Origin: Marsupella aquatica
Taxonomy: Eukaryota; Plantae; Marchantiophyta
Direction: 5' to 3'
DNA length: 64,000 nucleotides
Assembly: GCA_973895155.1 (NCBI GenBank)
Contig: OZ316891.1
Span: forward strand, 3,113,801 to 3,177,800
Part shown: positions 51,471-64,000 of the stretch, one piece after another
How positions within the stretch are numbered: position 1 is the first letter of the stretch
Layout of the letters: every line of letters starts with the position of its first letter
Notes under the pieces: model-generated
What the model was told of the DNA's origin: nothing
Seen by the model: only the letters and a program-made list of their open reading frames with translations
Database searches by the model: none
Made by a program: the position numbers and the translations under genes

Positions 51471-53256
51471 TTGCGTAATTCTGTTCCAGAGGGTTTCAAG
51501 TGGACTCCAGGGATCGACAAATGTTTTTTAATATTCATTCAAGGGTACGTAGAGAATCTTCCCCTCCCTAAAGAGAAAAGGGGTCTAAGATCGTCCCCAG
51601 CCCGAAAAATATTAGGCGCCTCAGTTATGTAGACCTCATTTCTATCACCGAGTCCTCGGTCCACAAAAGCTCTCATGTCGTCTAGATTCTAACTTTTCCC
51701 CGGAGAGAATGATGGCGAACGAGTGGTTTGAGTGATGAGTGCATTGAAGTTGGTGAACTCGTTGAGGATCGGAGAGGGGATAGCCCTCAGCGTTGCATGA
51801 TGCCCAGAATGAGGGGAACTACCGCAGTAATAGCCGAATATATACTACGTTCGTCATTTTCTCTACCAGCTCAAGTTCAATGATTTAAATTTCGAACTTA
51901 AAACTTCAAGTCAGATCCTTCTGGACAAAGCTCAACTATTTCAAATTTCTGTACTTTCTTGTGGACGCAGAGAGTCCAACAGTATCCTTGCGAGAAAATT
52001 CCACATGCCGCCAGTTGATGCAGCACAGGTGGGTCCCCGTCAAATGATCATTTCCCTTTTGCACTGCTCGCTTGTTCTGACTCTCTTGTGATTCCTTCGG
52101 ATGGCTTCGTTGCTAGCAGACACTCTACTCCAGTGCTCCAGTGCTCCAGTGGCCCGATGACAATACAATTTATGTACTAGGTATCTTTACACTAGAAAGA
52201 AACTTTGAGACTTTCTTCTCTATTCGATGTGTAATTCTATCATCCGACTTCCAAACCTTTCGTTCTCCCTCCCTCAGGCACGTACTGTAGTTCATCCAGA
52301 AAAGTGTGTAATTCTACTTGACGCTACCCGGAGAGAACATTTTGGAGCATTCGGGCTGGTGATTTTCAGCTTCAGCATGGCAAGAAGAACTAATCTTGCA
52401 TGGCAGTAATTAAGGACTCCATTCGAAGCGATGTCATGTAAATATGCCAAACCGCAGGAATCAATAGCCAATTGTGATTGGACTCGCTTGAATGACCCAG
52501 AGGGTCACAGAGTGGACTGCATGTGACTGCTAGCTGCATGTTAAGGTCGTCACACTATATATGAATCTGAAGCTGGTCTGGAACTTTCTACGTTTCGACA
52601 GGAAACTAAAAAGCAACGTGATCCTGAAAAGCAGGACAGCATCTACGAAACTGTCTGCCCCTCAAATCAAGTAGAAAGCTAATATATCTCTCGATCAATC
52701 TAGTGGTTCTGCAGACAGCTGCTAGATACGGGGAAGCCAGCTGGTGTTACCAGAAGGACCACAGTTCTCTTTCTGGGTCCAGATATCTTCTCTAGTAAGT
52801 CCTCTCCTCCATACTGTACTTTTGATTGGTTGGTTATGATCCATCTTTGCTTGTAATAGACGTTTGTGCTGTTCTTGCAAACTTTCTGATTGGCAAAGGA
52901 TAAAGTTGGATTGGTTTTAGGATTGAGTCAAAGTAGTACTCCTTTATTTCCTATTTTGTCTTGAAAGGAAATGAGGCACAACACTTAGTAGACTCTCCTA
53001 CCCAAATAATGACATATATTCATTGTAGTGTGCACCTTACTCCAATCCTTTTAGAGAAAACTCTATCATTTATTGCATGGTGGACCTGGTAACAATTTAA
53101 CTCAACTTTAGACATCTGCAGTATAACCAATGCTATCTAGAAGTAGGTTTAATTAATTAAAGTTTTGTTACAGTGTTTTAAACTTAACTCAAAGTGGACT
53201 TAAAAATATGACAAAGGTTTATAACTTTTAAAATTGAGAGGTACAAATGACTTTTA

Positions 53257-53373
53257 ATAGATAGATAGTGCTGCATCAAGAGGTGGGGTACAAAATGACA
53301 TATATATATATATTGCTGCATCTAAAGGTGGGATCCTAGTATCCCACCTCTCCATGCAGCGGTATCTATCTAT
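53257..53373. mobile_element. MITE-like foldback element with ~35 bp TIRs
   Basis: atagatagatagtgctgcatcaagaggtggggtac pairs with gtatcccacctctccatgcagcggtatctatctat. An extra partial arm copy lies at ~53314-53335. Confidence 0.6.
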
Positions 53374-54890
53374 AAATATAAAGGGCTAAAAGCTTGACAT
53401 ATCTTCCTTTTTCACTCCTTCAAAGCCCTTGAAGTGCCAGCAGTGTGGTGCCCTTTTCCCAAGCCCACCTGCAATATACTTCCTGAGTTCAGCAGCAATC
53501 GAAGGAGTTCACCAGCCCTACGAGAGGTGGCCATCCAACAGTGAAAGAAACCACATTGTGACGGCAGAGACTAAGACAATTGCATGATTGATTTGTACCT
53601 ATCAAGATAGAATTCAATCTACATAGAAGATACATAATTATATGACTTTTAATATATAGATACTGCTGGCTGCATCAACACATGCATCGAAAGTTGCTTT
53701 CGTCTTGCCTCTTGAGGGTCAGACGCAAGCCCTGGAAGATTGTATCCCACATCACTAAGATTGGAGTGAGTCTGCCTCTAGAATCAACCCCAGGGAGATT
53801 TAAAATCACTACCTAAAAGATTGGAGTGAGTAAGTACCGTGAGACACTTCACTCACCTACATCCACCATATCCTAGAGTTGGGCCAGGCGACGCACAAAG
53901 AGCACTGTTTCTATGTCAGAGAGGGCTGATAGGTTCATGACAGTTTCTACTTCTCATTCAATGGTTTAGAAAATTAGTACCCCTTAGAGTAGGCCAGCAA
54001 TTAAGGTCATGCCCTACTTTATCTCACATGGCAAGACAAAAATGGGAGAGGTGAACTGCGTCTTTCGTGGGCATTATGAAAGAAACTCTTATAATTATAC
54101 ATTATTGAATATTTTGCAAATAAGACGAGTATCTCACATGTCAAAAGTCCTCGAGGGTTCATCCTTGGCTGTCTTCCGACAAAAGTACATGCAGGTTGTT
54201 CAAGGAAATATTTACAGAAACTCTTATGTAGACCAATATATTAAACTAGGACAACTTGTTTTCAAGACTGCATTTGCAAGATAATGTTTTTTTTTGCAAG
54301 GTTATGGTTTTGAGAATGGCCTCTTCTAATAGTACTGTCCTACTGTCTTCCCCTGCGCAATAGTGCAATTATATTCATGTTTCCCCAAAAGTGACCATTC
54401 GAAAAGTTAGTTTTGAATACAAAAATCTTGAGCTACACTTTCACATGCCTCAGTAACTTGATTTTCGATCATTTGAGATATGAAAAGCTGAGCAACTTCT
54501 TTCTTTCTCCTTCATAACTATGATATCAAAAGTCCCTTGTTTTTATAGTATGATGGCTTCCAAGCAATTACACTTGTGTTGGACTGCCAAATAACTTTTT
54601 TCCCAGGCAACTTTACAAGTGTAAGTAACTTATTTGTGTACCCTACTAGGGTTGAGTGTGTCTTACTCGACTTAGTGTGCTTGCATGACCCAAACTGGAG
54701 ACCTCTGTCTCCCAAGAGCTTCCCCCACCATGCATGCTGTGATTTCATAGATGGATGACCTGCTGTGTTTACAGTGTGGTTACGTCAAAATCCTACCTGA
54801 TAGGATCCAAGCAATGGGCACTGCCCCAACTAAACATGGAGCACTTCTCCAAGTGGATACAACTAGTGGCACTGCTAAATAAAGCTACAT

Positions 54891-54988
54891 TGTTCACTGT
54901 GATTAGTGTGACTAACACGAATTCAAAAGCACCAATATTCAGGGTATATTTACGAATTAGTGTTAGTCACACTAATTTTGTGTTAACA
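54891..54988. repeat. Inverted repeat / hairpin with a 23 bp near-perfect stem
   Basis: attagtgtgactaacacgaattc versus gaattagtgttagtcacactaat (1 mismatch), with a ~28 nt loop. Confidence 0.8.
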
Positions 54989-55003
54989 GTATTTCTGCCC
55001 ACA

Positions 55004-58000
55004 TCCTAAACTATAATACACACTTGCGCCAAAAAATGGCGTGGTGGTCATTCAAATTTGGAGTGTCCTTTTGGATGAGAATAATTGAAACCTGTAAATA
55101 TGGAACCAATAAGGGGGAAAAAAAAAAGGAACGTGAGGAAACCTGGTACAGGGCTTGGTGTGCACAAAACAAGTACACAAAGATGCACAAGACAGGTACT
55201 ATTGTACCTTCAGGTACAGCATATGAGCTCATTACTCTTAGGAGCCCCAGGTACAAGGTACAAAGGGGATAGAGGTCCTGTAAAAGGAGGTACAATTGTA
55301 CCATCAGAGTACAACTTTTAAGAGAGAGGGAAGAGCCTAGCTTCTTTCCTTTTGGAGTTTGGAGCTCTCTATTCCAAGCCTATGTGAGCTTATAAGGGCT
55401 CCAGACATTTAATGAGTACTTTTAAGCAACAACAACTACCCAATGGCAAGAAGAGGGAGTGTGAAGAGGAGCAATACCCATTACCCAATAGCTAGAAGAG
55501 GGAGAGAGATGAGGGAGAGTGAAGAGGAAGGGATGATGACTCCTGAGACTACCCTGGCCCTGGCCTCATCCAAACAACATAGTTTTTAGGTGCAAACTTT
55601 TGCCAAATTCCACCTCCCCAAAATATGTTCACCACTTTTTCCGTCACTTTTGCCAAAAATTGCTAGATTCTTTGCATACCATTGGCCACTCTCCCACCAA
55701 ATCATGGACCCCATTTGCCAAAATCTAACCGTTGTACGTCAATCTAGGGATATCTGATGAAGAAGATATAATTCAAGAAAAATTGTTGAAGAATACTCCT
55801 AGCATTTCCGTCCTTTGAGAGGCTGACATTTGTCACACTGGCCAAAAATGAAAAAATAATGTTGTAAAAAATGCTAGACCCAACATCCCGGGGTGGAATG
55901 AAACCCGAGACCCCAAGGTCCCATCCCCAACCTAACTCAATCTTGCCCCGGGTTCCAACTCCCCAACAACCCCTCAGTTTTTGTTATGTCTTGCCACTTT
56001 GTTTAGCACAGGAAGAGGCATGGGGTGGGGGCCAAAATATCCGGACCAAAGTTGGTCGGGGGTGGCAGGTCCTCCAATGTTGGAAAGTGTTGCAAACCAC
56101 ACCACCACCCCAGGGGGGCATGGTATTGGCAAGTAAGGAGCCGAGTAAACTTGGATGAGGTTACCAAAGGGGTTCCATGCAAGGGGTAGGCAAATTGTTT
56201 TGTTGAAAAGTGGGCTGAGTCGTGCCGTTGCCCCAAGGGGAATTGGCATTGGGGCGGCCACAGCCAAGTAAGCGGCCACGGTCAACTTTAAGCAAACTAA
56301 GCTTAAAGTAACCAAAAAAATTGGGGTTACTGATGGGGTTCCAAGATATATGCAAGGGTAGGGAAAGGGCCGTTGAAAAGTCAGCCAAGCTGCTCCGTTA
56401 CCCGAGGGGGTCTTGACATTGGGGCGGCCAATGCCAATTAAGCTATTGCAGCGACTTTAAGTAAGAACTCTAAGGTAGCCAAAACTTTGGGCCCAATGGG
56501 GTTCTAAGATGCAAGGGGTAGTGAAGAGTTGTTGAAAAGTCAGCCAAGCCGTGTCATTATCCCAAGGGGTCTTGGCATCCCGCTCGGCATTGGGGCTGCC
56601 AAAGCCAAGTAAGCAGCCATGGTAACTTTAAGTAAAAAACTTAAAGTAACAAAAACTTTGGGGTTATCAATGGGGCTTCAGGATGCAAGGGGTGGCAAAA
56701 AAGTGGCAACAACTTAACAACTTTTTTTACTTAACATGGTTTACTAGCAATATTTTCAATTGTACTTAAGAACATCTTTTACTTCACAACTTACATCTTT
56801 GTCTAATGACATTCCTTTACTTATCGACCATTTTGTACTTAACAAAAAAATACTTAATAACATCGTTCGTAAAACATCATCTTTTACCTGACAACATCTT
56901 GGACATAAAGACATCTTTGGTGCAACGACATCTTTTACTTCACAACATTTTTCACGTAAGAACATTTTTTCTTCACGACACCTTTGGCATCATGACATCA
57001 TAGTTCTTAATGACATCTTTTTACTTCACAACATCTTTCACGTATTAACAACTTCTTTGGCAACATGACATCTTTTTTCTTAACGACATCTTTGGCAACA
57101 TGACATCTTTTTTCTTAAAAAAATCTTTGACAACACAACATGTTTTTACTTAACAAAATTGTTGGCAACATCACCTTTTTTCATGACAACATCTTTGGCA
57201 ACACAACATATTTTTTCTTAACGACATCTTTTGTGCAACGCACGGGTATTGAGCCATCTTTCACATATTAATGACATATTGGGTGAAACGACACCTTTTT
57301 ATTTATAACATCTTTTACTTCACAATCACTTAGTTTGGCAAAATGACACCTTTTTCTTAACGCCATCTTTCACATAATGACATCTTTGGAAAAATGACTT
57401 CTTTTTTCTTAACGACATCTTTTTACTTCATGACATCTTTCAGATAACAACATCTTGGGCGACACGACATCTTTTGTGCAATGCACTGATATTTTTCCTC
57501 AATGACGTCTTGGCCAACACGACATCTGTTTTCTCAACGACGTCTTGGCCGACACGACTCTTTTTTCACAATGATGTCTTGCCCGACACAACATATTTTC
57601 TCTCAACCACGTCTTGGCCAACATGACATCTTTTTTCTCAACGACTTCTTTGCCAACACAAGGTCCTTTATCTCAATGATTTCTTGGCCGGTCACACGAC
57701 ATCTTTTTTATCAAAGAGATCTTGGCCAACACGACATCATTTTTCTCAACGACCTCTTGGCCAGTACAACTTTTTTTCTCAACAACCTCTTGGTCGACAC
57801 GACATCTTTTTTCTCAACCAAATCTTGGCCGACATGACATCTTAGTCGACACGACATCTTTTGTTCTCAACGACATCTTGGCCGACACGACATATTTTGT
57901 TTATCATCAACATCTTGCCAACACAACATCTTTTTTTCTCAAAAATTTCTTGGGCGACACGACATCTTTCTTCTCAACAACCTCTTGGCCGACATGACCT

Positions 58001-58066
58001 CTTTTGTTCTCAACGACATCTTGGCCGTCACGACATCTTTTGTGCAACGCACAAGTATTGAGCTAG
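55004..58066 (+). mobile_element. Non-autonomous Helitron (~3.06 kb) with internal tandem arrays
   Basis: A|TC start (a55003, tcctaaactataata...); subterminal hairpin ttgtgc-aac-gcacaa (58040-58054); CTAG|T end (58063-58067); no TSD. Internal ~160 bp repeats at 56160-56700 and an acgacatctt array at 56760-58040. Both ends are shared with the copy at 1441-2286. Confidence 0.8.
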
Positions 58067-58737
58067 TGCATTAATGATACCGTGGTCTCAAGAGTGGAAA
58101 TGTAGACGGAAAAAAGTGGAAATGTGCATTTATAGACAAGAGCTACAGTGTGTCCATGTGCAAAAGGGCCACTCTGTCACAGAAAGTTCTGGTGACCCCA
58201 CCTGAAATTATACATCCTGCCCTAAACCTGATCCCCTAGCTCATAAGTGGACTGATCCTTCTCAAATCCCTGGGGTCAGGGGTTCCCTACAATGAATGCA
58301 TCTCACTATTGGGATGGGCAGAGACTACTAGCGTAAATGTTCTTACTCATTTACTTTCAAGACAAAAATAAATGTCATACACTTAATCAAGTAAATATAA
58401 GTAGATGGAATTGTGCGCTGACTGATAAGTGTACATGAACAATTATCGAGGTTTTGCACTTGTATGACTGCCGTTTTGCTGAAGAACAGGAACACAAGGA
58501 CGAAGTGCAGTTAGCCAGGCTTTGCGCTTATGGAGTGTGCACCCACGACTCTGTCGTCCTCTGCCAATGTGAAGAAAGGGCGAGAATGATGTGAAGGGGA
58601 AAAATATTGCTGTGAAATCGGCTATGCTGCGAGTAGTGAGGAGGAGATCGAGATGGAAACGAATTGATTAGGAACTCTTGAAGAGACTGAGGGAAAATTG
58701 AAGGAAGAGGAAGAGGAGGATATAGAGCGAAAAAAAA

Positions 58738-61700
58738 ATGGGCAGTGCGGAAGAGAGCACAGCAGGAGAAGGAGGATCTGAACACGCTGGAGCTTATCGA
58801 TACTGCCCTAAGCTGGTATGGAAGTCTGGGGTGCAAGAGTATCTTAGCCAAGCCTATGGGAGCTCGCAGTTCGCTGAAATTTGCCTCGCTCTCACGTATG
58901 CTCTTTCTCCGCCTCCGTCCCTGTCCCCCAATTTGTTCAGACATTGCAGCCGACAGGATTCACATTTTGGGATTTTGCTTGATGAATTTGACTCCAACTT
59001 TGCTTCTCTTATTTTTTCACCTGCTCTTCAGTTGAATCAGGGAATCAGGAAATCAGGGAATCACGGATTGAAGGAACAATTTTTTATATTGCAAATGCCC
59101 ACAATAGTTTCAGAACAAAAAGACAAGAGAACTGTTGTCATGATGGAAACGTCTTTTTTTGTAGATCTCGTTTCTTCTCTGACTAAGAACATTCTCATAT
59201 TTAAGTTATAAAGTGATTCGAGTGTAACGTATGTTTGCATTGCCGATAATTTAGGCGGCCATGTATCACTTCCACTGTCCGTGTCAACACTCTGCAAACA
59301 ACCACCCAGGAGGTTATGCAAAAGCTACATCAACATTTTTGTGAATCATGTGGATCCAATTTGAGGGTTGCTGAAGATCATAACTTAAAGGAAAGCACGG
59401 GCATTGGCCTTGCCGAGGAATTTGCTACTCAACAGAGCGGTGGTCCACAAGGAGAGAGTACCGACTTCTTTCATTGTGGACGGTATGAGACAGTCGAGGA
59501 CCAGCACTTCACGACAGCAGCAAAGGGTGTCAATGGGAACATCAAGCATCTCAGTAATGACATATGCTGGGAGCATCCCATCTTGGAGGATGTGGTGATG
59601 GTGAGAGGGCATGGGCCTTGTGAGGTTGAATGCAGAAATGACAGAGGTGAACCCCTCATCAAGGAGGTCGTTGTGAGCCGGAAATGTGCCGAAGCAGTAC
59701 TTCGTGGAGCCAATGTACGTTGAGCTGAATGTTTTTCATGTATTGGGTTAACGATAGTTCTGCGAGCATAGTTCTATAGTTTCCCCTGCAGTGTGAGAAA
59801 TTTAATACTTCTGATGCCCTTTCTTGGAGAGGAACGCTTCACCAGTTTAGTATTTCATCATGTTGAAGAGGAACGCGCTTTTATGCGGCTCCGATTGGAT
59901 TGGGGTGCACCATTTTGTTGACTAGAGTGAGGATGCTAGTTGAATGGACTTGACAAAGAGAAAGCAGATGAGAAGTAGCAGATGTGCACAAGAGGGAATG
60001 ATTTACTGTAGAACTAGACTGGCACCAGGATACATCAAACTATGTTTCTGCGAAATTATTTTTCAGTTGAGAAGCAAACGAAAGTCATCAAAAGTATAAT
60101 GAACCTCTATTCTTTAGCCTTGTAGACGCCGCTCGTGTAATGCAATATGCCATATGTATATGGTGAGTGCAGGTGTTCGTGCCAGGATTGCTTGCATGTA
60201 GTTTACATGTCGACAAAGGCGAGGAGGTTGCAGTTACTGTCGCTGTAGAGAGACCAGACTCGAATGGTGGTTTTAATGTAGGCGTTACACGAGGCACAAT
60301 TCTTGCATCTGATCATGCGAAGGCCCGTATGTCGTATTATTTCTCTAACCTGTATTATTCTCATTATTGGACCTCATAATCAGCACTTCCACTTTGTATG
60401 AATTACAATGTTAATCTCAGCTGTTGATTTGATGTGCATTGGAACATGCTCTGTTTAATAATTTTCTAAATTTCAAGATATGAAGGGCATAGTGGCCAAA
60501 CAAAGCAAGAACAGCCATGGATCATGCTCTAGGAAGTTATACTGGGGGCGAGAGAGTTTTGGTCTTCCATTTGTACGTATAGAAAGTTGGAATAGTTTAA
60601 ATGTGACTCTAAATCCTTAGGTGGCCTACAGTGTTATGGAAGATGGACATTAATCGTACGTGCCCTTTAGTTCTTGTTAGAAAGTGAAGGGCAGGTCATC
60701 GAAAGAATCGTTGTTTTTGTATCTGCAGAACTGGAAGGTTGTGCCCGTGATGACTTGTTTATTGGTAAGGGCCGTGTGACAATGTCACGAGGGGCATTGT
60801 TCAAGGAGACGCAAGGAGTTGCCATTGAAATGACTGACCGGGTTTTCGACCTTCCTCCATTCCATGGTAAGTCACCAATTGTGTTGCATTTGGGGCCTCA
60901 ATTCGATTTATCTGATACAGATGTGTTGGCAAGGTCATTCTATTATTTGAGGGTATCAGGAGAAATGAATCCTAACAAGGCCAAAATGCTGTTTGGAGTC
61001 TTAACTTATTATACTATTAACGACTCCTAATTTTCTGGACAGGCCTTTTAAAGGGACACATTTTTCTTCAGAATCTCCCAAGTATAGTGGCCGCACGTGT
61101 TCTCGGTATTCTGCTTATCCTTGTCCACTGCACTTACTAGCTGGGTAGATGGCCTGCTAGCTTGTAGCAACCACCTTGCAGTGGCGGATTCAGCAAACGA
61201 AAACAAATCAGTAAGTTTAGGTGTTTCCTTTTCTAGTTGTTGAATCTTGTGGCCTACAACACCTTTGTTTTTAATCATGAACTTGCTCGTAGATCCACAG
61301 TCAGGGGAGAGAATCTTGGACATGTGTGCAGCACCTGGGGGCAAGACAACTGCAATTGGTATTCTGATGAAAGATAAAGGAGAGATAGTTGCCCTTGACC
61401 GCTCTCACCATAAGGTATTCTGGTATCTAGTGTCCTTGAGACTTTTCTGTGCTTTGTTCTTTCAGGAATCTTGAATCATGAGGCTTGTGAATAAAGTTTA
61501 TCTATGTGCGACCAAAAAATCAACCTAACAGATCTATTCAATCCTGTCTAGAAACCTGCGTAATTTCATGGCCGGAATTTGGTCTTGAGTTAGGTCTTGG
61601 ATATCAAGCGGTTAGCAGAAGAGATGGGTCTCACCTGCATTCAAGCTTTCAAAATGGATGCAACAAAGGCTGTGAAGAGGACCAACATCATTGATGTGGA

Positions 61701-63632
61701 CGTTGAGTTGCCAACCCAACCGCACTGTCATGCCGAAATTGAATCACAAGATTTCGTTTCGGGTTCGAAGGTACCCACAGCCACACCAACAGACGCCGTC
61801 ATTCATCTCAGTGCCCAGCAAGATACTGATATTCATCGCAATTCCCAGCAAGATGGTAAGTTCCAGTAAAGTATGAGAAGAGAAACATGCTTCAAGTCTG
61901 TTGGCAGTGTAAATTGGAGACTTGCATCCTAGATCTATACCAGTCGCCGTGCACTGACGTCTTAGTGTTGGACCACTGTTCTTATATTCCGATATGAATC
62001 AGTAGAAGTTCTTGCTTTACTTGATGTTTATAGGTAAGTGCCCCATCCATTCGCAATTATGAGTCAACGTAGGTCTTCTACTTCGTTGCAGGTTACCCCC
62101 TGCACAAGAAGGAAGCTTACAGAAGTGAAGCATCACCACGAAAACACGCCAGAAAGATTAAAAATATGTCCAAAAGGGGTCAGCTAGGGGAAAATCTGCA
62201 ACAAGTAAAAGGCTTCAGCCCAGAGAGCTTTGATAGAGTATTGTTGGATGCTCCATGTTCAGCTATGGGACTACGTCCACGCCTATTTGCTGGAGAGGTA
62301 TTTGTCTATTGTGAGACCAAAACAACCCTATATGATTTTTCAAACTCTTCAATTTTGCATTTTCGGACTAGCAATCCAATTCGAAAGATCTGCTTTTTTG
62401 AGAGGCTGCTGCTTTTGCTGATTTGTGGAGAAGGCAACAATTACAGACTGGGTACATCTTTTTAAGATTTGACATGAAAAAGTTTCACTGAATTTTGGTC
62501 AGAGCCAAATGTTCAACAATATCAGTATCAACCGCAGTATAGCTCTAAGAAACCCTCATGTTGCAGGAAACAATGGAGGGCTTGAGAAGTCATGCTTGCT
62601 ATCAGCGGAAAATGATTGACCAAGCAGTACAGCTGGTTCGCCCTGGAGGGATCTTAGTGTACTCCACGTAAGTTTGCTTTTGCCCATGCCTCAGTTTGTG
62701 TTTGGGAAATATAAGGCTCTTGAGATATCGAGGGTTCAAAATTGGTGGGGAATTGAAAATTAAACAAATTAAAGCGTCTAAAGAATTTTTCTTGGATGTT
62801 AGAACTGAGTAACTCAACTAGCTTACAGTTTATCATATCTTCTTCAGGTGCACCCTGAACCCAGGGGAAAATGAGGCTGTAGTTCGGTACACACTTGACA
62901 CCTATGAGTTCCTTTCTCTGCTACCTCAGGTAAGCCTTTGCAAGATACATGTCTGTCAGAGGTAGAAATGCGTACGAATCATTGAACATCGCAACAAATT
63001 TCGTGGTGTTCTTCTGACGCAGTTCGTCATTCATTCCCACCAATTGTTACTCAATGATTTTGGTTCATCTCTCTTATCGCCGTCGTGCCACTGATTACTG
63101 AAGCTATGTTCCCTGAAAATGTTCAGGAACCCAAGATTGGAGGACCTGGGCTGGTTGGTGGACTCGATGTCTTTGATGGCATGTCGTACAAGTAAGGTTT
63201 TACCTTATCTATGTCCCAGCTTATCTTACCCCGTTACTCATCTGGTTCTATCCAGACTTTAATCTATAAATATATGAGATAATATGTGCACAGCAAATTC
63301 AGATTGAAAAGATTATCATTCAAACATCCTTGAGTAGTCTTTCATCATTATTATGATGATTATGATTATTATTGTTCATCCTGATTATTAATCTGGTGAC
63401 AATTGAATCCTTTGGAATTTGTATCTTTTCCGATGACTACTGATGCTTGATGATGCCTATTGGCAAAATTGCCCACAGGGAGTGGTTGAGGGAAGAAGAA
63501 AAGAATCTAGTTCAACGGTTCAGTCCAGCTGCTGACTATGATACCATAGGATTCTTTATAGCCAAGTTTGCAGTTGCCTCTAAGAAAGGCCAGTTTGAGG
63601 TGCCAAGTACTGCCTCAACAATGGAAAATTGA
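58738..63632 (+). CDS. NSUN6: NSUN6-like PUA-domain RNA cytosine-C5 methyltransferase (RsmB/NOL1/NOP2 family), ~654 aa. Exons: 58738-58895, 59255-59714, 60173-60326, 60729-60866, 61043-61105, 61293-61414, 61594-61855, 62092-62297, 62567-62667, 62848-62929, 63127-63191, 63479-63632
   Basis: TVRVNTL; PUA domain (VSRKCAEAVLRGANVFVPGLLA); FLQNLPSIVAA; motif I DMCAAPGGKT; motif IV LLDAPCS; motif VI YSTCT; C-terminal DTIGFFIAKF. Exon sum is 1965 nt. Confidence 0.9.
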
Positions 63633-64000
63633 ACATGTAGTGGACATTGGTCATCCCACTTCTCGACATCGCCCTTCATCACAGAAGTCTCTTGCCAAGA
63701 CAGGATGAGAGAAATGTTGTCCAGAATTTTAATTCATTGCCATCCAGGTGTTTTGAGCCTCCGAAGTCAAACGATTGACGAGATGAAACCTTTTGTGGAC
63801 AACGAAGGGAAAACCTGTCATTTGCTGGAGCTAAATGTTGACGAATGCTTCACATTCAGTGTACGATCTCTCCGCTAACATGAGCCGGGGGATTGAGAAG
63901 AAAAAGTTATTGTCTGAAAAATTGCAAGTATCTTTCGCTCTCCTGAACAGTCAGCAGTCAAGAGGAGCCATGGACATCAAGCAGGAGATCTTTTCAACAA

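Noticed and set aside
57502-58061. Repetitive ORFs (TTSW/RHLFSQ-type), also those at 1574-1932 and 42915-43218
   Set aside because: Translations of tandem DNA repeats, open in several frames.
9634-63632. Functional gene cluster (two glycosyltransferases, a transporter and a methyltransferase)
   Set aside because: The genes act in different compartments and pathways (nucleocytoplasmic O-fucosylation, Golgi cell-wall synthesis, plastid transport and flavin synthesis, RNA methylation). This is an ordinary housekeeping neighbourhood.
63835-64000. Plus-strand peptide ...EKKKLLSEKLQVSFALLNS resembling the PPR-DYW HSEKLA motif
   Set aside because: It lacks the His and the downstream KNLRVC/CxxC, no PPR repeats lie upstream, and it is truncated by the window edge. 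Probably chance in 3' flanking sequence.

Overview
Eukaryotic nuclear DNA from a land plant. Intron style and gene content suggest a bryophyte, possibly a liverwort (inference only). Six intact protein-coding genes were rebuilt by hand, each with an exon sum divisible by 3: SPINDLY O-fucosyltransferase (+, 17 exons, apparently lacking the N-terminal peptide and about the first 3 TPRs), a NUB1-like UBL-UBA protein (+, 11 exons, two GC-AG introns), an ABCB29-like half-size ABC transporter (+, 10 exons), an intronless riboflavin synthase (+), a GT34 xyloglucan xylosyltransferase (-, 2 exons) and an NSUN6-like PUA-domain m5C methyltransferase (+, 12 exons). The intergenic DNA holds two related non-autonomous Helitrons, an internally deleted LTR element with a TSD, probable solo LTRs, MITE-like hairpins, orphan EF-hand and ankyrin-like fragments, and many local tandem duplications. 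No CRISPR, rRNA or tRNA genes are supported. The best novelty candidate is the naturally truncated SPY, whose 5' leader carries a possibly decayed first exon, a Ser-rich uORF and degenerate repeats. All homology calls come from recalled family motifs, not database searches.
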